64,000 bases of DNA. It comes from Gemmatimonadota bacterium. GTDB taxonomy: Bacteria > Gemmatimonadota > Gemmatimonadetes > Palauibacterales > Palauibacteraceae. The DNA lies in assembly GCA_965116475.1 (NCBI GenBank), contig OZ220691.1, forward strand, positions 3,008,001-3,072,000. The letters are read 5' to 3'. The position numbers and the translations under genes were made by a program. Below are positions 60,527 through 64,000 of the stretch, in pieces (position 1 is the stretch's first letter; each line of letters begins with the position of its first letter). Under the pieces are notes generated by a model. That model had not been told where the DNA came from. It saw only the letters and a list, made by a program, of their open reading frames with translations, and ran no database searches.

Positions 60527-61482
60527 GGCTCGTCGTCACCGGCGCCGCCGGCTTCCTCGGTTCGCACCTCACCGACCGCCTTCTCGCCGAGGGGCACTCG
60601 GTCGTCGGGATCGACAGCCTGATCACGGGGACGCGGCGGAACCTCGCCCACCTGCGGGACGAGCCGAGGTTCGCGTTTCTCGAGCGGGACGTGTCGGAGC
60701 CCATCGAGGTCGAGGGGGAGGTCGACGGCGTTTTCCACTTCGCCTCGCCGGCGAGCCCGGTCGACTACCTTCGATACCCGATCGAGACGCTGAAGGCGGG
60801 CGCCCTCGGCACGCGCAATGCCCTGGGTCTGGCCCGGGCGCGCGGCTCCCGGCTGCTGCTCGCGTCCACGTCGGAAGTCTACGGAGATCCGCTCGTCCAT
60901 CCTCAACCCGAAACGTACTGGGGCAACGTGAACCCGGTCGGCCCGCGCTCCGTGTACGACGAGGCCAAGCGCTTCGCCGAGGCCCTCACGATGGCTTACC
61001 ATCGCGAGCACGGCGCGGACACGCGCATCGTGCGAATCTTCAACACCTACGGCCCGCGCATGCGTCCGGACGATGGCCGTGTCGTCTCGAATTTCGTCGT
61101 CCAGGCGCTCCGGGGGGAGCCGCTCACCGTCTACGGCGACGGCTCCCAGTCAAGGAGCTTCTGTTACGTGTCCGACCTGGTGGAGGGGATCTGGCGACTC
61201 TTCAACGCGGACATCCACGAGCCGGTCAACCTGGGCAATCCCGGCGAGTATACGATCCGTGCGCTGTCCGACCTCGTGCTCGCAACCACGGGGTCCGCGT
61301 CCACCGTCGAGGTGCGTCCGCTGCCCATGGACGACCCGAGGATGCGCTCTCCGGACATCTCTCTCGCCTCCGCGCGGCTGGACTGGACGCCCCGCATCCC
61401 GCTCGAGGTGGGGCTGAGACGGACGGTAGAGTATTTTCGGGAGATACAGTCGCCCGGCCGGCCCGGGGCAACTCGCAAATGA
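60523..61482 (+). CDS. UDP-glucuronate decarboxylase (UDP-xylose synthase)-like SDR
   Basis: [54 protein letters not shown]. Confidence 0.9.
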   Translation: MRLVVTGAAGFLGSHLTDRLLAEGHSVVGIDSLITGTRRNLAHLRDEPRFAFLERDVSEPIEVEGEVDGVFHFASPASPVDYLRYPIETLKAGALGTRNALGLARARGSRLLLASTSEVYGDPLVHPQPETYWGNVNPVGPRSVYDEAKRFAEALTMAYHREHGADTRIVRIFNTYGPRMRPDDGRVVSNFVVQALRGEPLTVYGDGSQSRSFCYVSDLVEGIWRLFNADIHEPVNLGNPGEYTIRALSDLVLATTGSASTVEVRPLPMDDPRMRSPDISLASARLDWTPRIPLEVGLRRTVEYFREIQSPGRPGATRK

Positions 61483-62288
61483 CGGCACGGGGGGGAGACG
61501 GGGAGGAGATGGGGCGAGCCCGGGTCTCGGTGGTCATGCCCGTGTACAACGAGGAAGCGACGCTCGAGGCCATCGTCCGGCGCGTGAAGAAGGTGGCCCC
61601 GGACGTGGAACTTGTCGCGGTCGACGACGGCTCGGCCGACGCCTCCGGGTCGATCCTGATCCGGCTGGAAGCGGAAGGGCTGGTCGACCGGATCTTCGTT
61701 CACGAGCGGAACCGGGGGAAGGGCGCCGCGCTCTCAACCGGGTTCCGGGGTGTCAGCGGGGATATCGTCATTGTCCAGGACGCGGACCTCGAATACGACC
61801 CCGCCGAGTATCCGCGCCTCCTGGAGCCGATCCTCGCCGGCCGGGCGGATGTCGTCTACGGGTCGCGATTCATGGGCGGCCAGCCGCACCGCGTCCTCTA
61901 CTACTGGCACTACGTGGGGAACCGGTGGCTGACTCGGCTGTCGAACATGGTGACGAACCTCAACCTCACGGACATGGAGACATGCTACAAGTGCTTCCGC
62001 CGCGAAGTGATCGAGCAGCTCACGATCGAGGAGCGGGCCTTCGGCGTCGAGCCGGAAATCACGGCGAAGATCGCCAGGGGCGGCTGGCGCGTGTATGAGG
62101 TGGGGATCTCGTACGCCGGTCGTACGTATGCCGAGGGGAAGAAGATCGGGTGGCGGGATGGCGTTTCCGCGTTGCGCTGTATCTTGCTGTATGGCCTCGT
62201 GCGGCGCTGGACGCGCAGGGGCGGGCCGCGGGCCTCGCGTCAGGCAACGAACGGCCTCCGCGGCGGCGTCGAAAGCGGGGAGGGTTGA
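61479..62288 (+). CDS. Glycosyltransferase family 2 (polyprenyl-phosphate hexose transferase-like)
   Basis: [39 protein letters not shown]. Confidence 0.92.
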   Translation: MTARGGDGEEMGRARVSVVMPVYNEEATLEAIVRRVKKVAPDVELVAVDDGSADASGSILIRLEAEGLVDRIFVHERNRGKGAALSTGFRGVSGDIVIVQDADLEYDPAEYPRLLEPILAGRADVVYGSRFMGGQPHRVLYYWHYVGNRWLTRLSNMVTNLNLTDMETCYKCFRREVIEQLTIEERAFGVEPEITAKIARGGWRVYEVGISYAGRTYAEGKKIGWRDGVSALRCILLYGLVRRWTRRGGPRASRQATNGLRGGVESGEG

Positions 62289-62289
62289 G

Positions 62290-63243
62290 ATGTCAGGGGT
62301 GCGAAGGCCGTCGGGGGCGCCGATGATGACCGTCCGACAGTGGATCGTGCAGGGGATCGCCGGGGTCCTCGCGGCGTTTGCGCTTGCGGCGTGCGAGGAT
62401 CCGGTGGACCGGTCCGTCGTGCGCGGGGATCGATACCTGGCCGTCGGGGATACGGACGAGGCGATCGCGGAGTATCTCCTCGCCCGGCGCGTCAGCGGGG
62501 ACACGGACGACCTTCTCCTCCGGCTCGGGCATGCCTACGCCGTGCGCGGCGATGTCGACGAGGCGCTCACCGTCTACGAGACGCTTGCGGAGCGCGACCC
62601 CCGGCTGCGGCATCAGGCGGCCGCCTCCCTGGCCGGGCTCGCGTGGTCCGCGCGGGATCGGGGCGCGACGGAGAACATGTCGCGCGCGCTCCAGCCCCTC
62701 GTCGAGTGGGGATTGGGCTATCTTCCCGCCGACCTTCAGCGCTCGCTGGCCGCGCATCATGCGGCCGAGGGCGACTACGCCCGCACCCTCTCGCTGCGCC
62801 TGGCGCTCCTCGCCGGGGAAGGCGATCCGGAGCCGGCGGTGCTGTACGACGTCGGCCTCGCATATGAACAGCTCGGCGCGTGCACTCGCGCGCTGCCCTT
62901 CTATCGGGATTTCCTCGAAGCGATGGAGGAAAGCCGCTCGAATCCGGAGGACGCCCGCTACCGCTACGGGAACTGTCTCTACGTGTCCGCCGATGAAGAC
63001 CGAGCCGAAGGCCGGCCGGCCGCCGCCCTCGAGAAGCTGGCCGAAATGGTCGAACTCGGTGAGCCGAGGACCCACATGGTCGAGGCGCACTTCCTCATCG
63101 GCGAACTTCACCTCGCGCTCGGCGAGACGGACGACGCTCTCGTCAACTACGCCCGCGTACTGGAACTCAACCCGACGCGTACACACGCTCTGGTCCGGCG
63201 TGCGGAGGAGCGGATCCGACAGATCCGCTTCGGCTTCGAATGA
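62290..63243 (+). CDS. Tetratricopeptide-repeat lipoprotein
   Basis: Lipobox LAAC; multiple TPR-like helical pairs; start could be 62323. Confidence 0.8.
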   Translation: MSGVRRPSGAPMMTVRQWIVQGIAGVLAAFALAACEDPVDRSVVRGDRYLAVGDTDEAIAEYLLARRVSGDTDDLLLRLGHAYAVRGDVDEALTVYETLAERDPRLRHQAAASLAGLAWSARDRGATENMSRALQPLVEWGLGYLPADLQRSLAAHHAAEGDYARTLSLRLALLAGEGDPEPAVLYDVGLAYEQLGACTRALPFYRDFLEAMEESRSNPEDARYRYGNCLYVSADEDRAEGRPAAALEKLAEMVELGEPRTHMVEAHFLIGELHLALGETDDALVNYARVLELNPTRTHALVRRAEERIRQIRFGFE

Positions 63244-64000
63244 TGCGACCCGCCGGGTCGGCGTCTCGCGACGCGCGCTGCCGGGTACTCGCGGCCGCGG
63301 TCTTCATCCTCGGCGGCTGTTCGAGTTCCGGCCCCCCGGGCGACCTCGAGCCACCGGATCTGTTCCAGTGGGCGCAGGATCGGTTCGACGCCGAGGAATA
63401 CCGCCGGGCGGCCGATGGATTCCTCGCCTTCATGATCCGCGATCCCCTCAATCCGCTCGTCGACAGCGCGCAATACCTCGCAGCCGAAGGCCAGCTCCGG
63501 GGGGGCAACGAACTCGGCGCCGTGGAGGAGTTCCGGCGCATGGCCACGAACCGGCCCAACAGTCCGCTCGCGGACGACGCGCAGCTGGGGCTGTGCCGCG
63601 CCTACCTCGCGGCCTCGCCCCGGGTCACCCTCTCGCAGGAGTTCACCCGGCGGGCCATCGATGAATGCGAGCGGCTGCTGCAGTTCTTCCCGACGACCCC
63701 CCACCGCGAGCTGGCCGAAAACCTGATGGCGGACGCGCGGGCGAAGCTGGCCGAGCAGAGCTACGAGATCGGGAAGTACTACCAGGATCGCATGCGACTG
63801 CCGGAATCCGCGATCGTCTACTTCGAAAAATCGCTCGCCGAGGAGCCGACCGCGGCGTTCCTCCCGGATCTGCTGTTGCGGTTGTACCGCAGTTACGATC
63901 TCGTGGGATACGAAACCGAGGCCGGTGCCGTCCGGGACCGGCTGCTGTCGGAGCATCCCGATTCGGAGCAAGCGCGGCTGCTCGTGGCGGAGGAAGACCC
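63243..64000 (+). CDS. bamD: Outer membrane protein assembly factor BamD (3' end outside the window)
   Basis: Manual translation: lipobox LGGC, TPR helices, LSQEFTRRAI..FPTT..AKLAEQSYEIGKYY pattern. Confidence 0.8.
   Translation, partial: MRPAGSASRDARCRVLAAAVFILGGCSSSGPPGDLEPPDLFQWAQDRFDAEEYRRAADGFLAFMIRDPLNPLVDSAQYLAAEGQLRGGNELGAVEEFRRMATNRPNSPLADDAQLGLCRAYLAASPRVTLSQEFTRRAIDECERLLQFFPTTPHRELAENLMADARAKLAEQSYEIGKYYQDRMRLPESAIVYFEKSLAEEPTAAFLPDLLLRLYRSYDLVGYETEAGAVRDRLLSEHPDSEQARLLVAEED

Overview
High-GC bacterial chromosomal window that is mostly housekeeping. The gene order and divergent protein sequences suggest Gemmatimonadota, but this is an inference. 1-7 kb: a translationally coupled run of ROK kinase, PfkB kinase, a STAS+GHKL kinase, a STAS+winged-helix protein and an Ntn acylase, followed by a NifU-C/ApbC Fe-S carrier pair. 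7-15.7 kb (minus strand): an ECF sigma/anti-sigma operon with two beta-helix envelope proteins, then mutM, purD, an M48 protease and a cystathionine gamma-lyase/synthase. 15.8-21.9 kb: glmM, glmS, DUF1232, a hypothetical gene and cysS. 22-56.3 kb: the full translation/transcription supercluster (tRNA-Thr, tRNA-Tyr, tuf, rpmG, secE, nusG, rplKAJL, rpoBC, str, second tuf, S10, spc, alpha, rpmB). 56.4-64 kb: hemD, hemB, nucleotide-sugar genes, GT2, a TPR lipoprotein and partial bamD. I saw no mobile element, CRISPR array or rRNA. The best leads are: (1) a sigma-less STAS/GHKL partner-switch-like pair whose output seems to be a winged helix; (2) terminator/antiterminator-like RNA structures on both sides of rpsL; (3) two apparently identical tuf copies with strong G/T-ending codon skew and a reduced tRNA cluster; (4) lineage-specific insertions in L23 and RpoB; (5) a triple-repeat anti-sigma factor. 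All calls are by-eye motif recognition; no searches were run.
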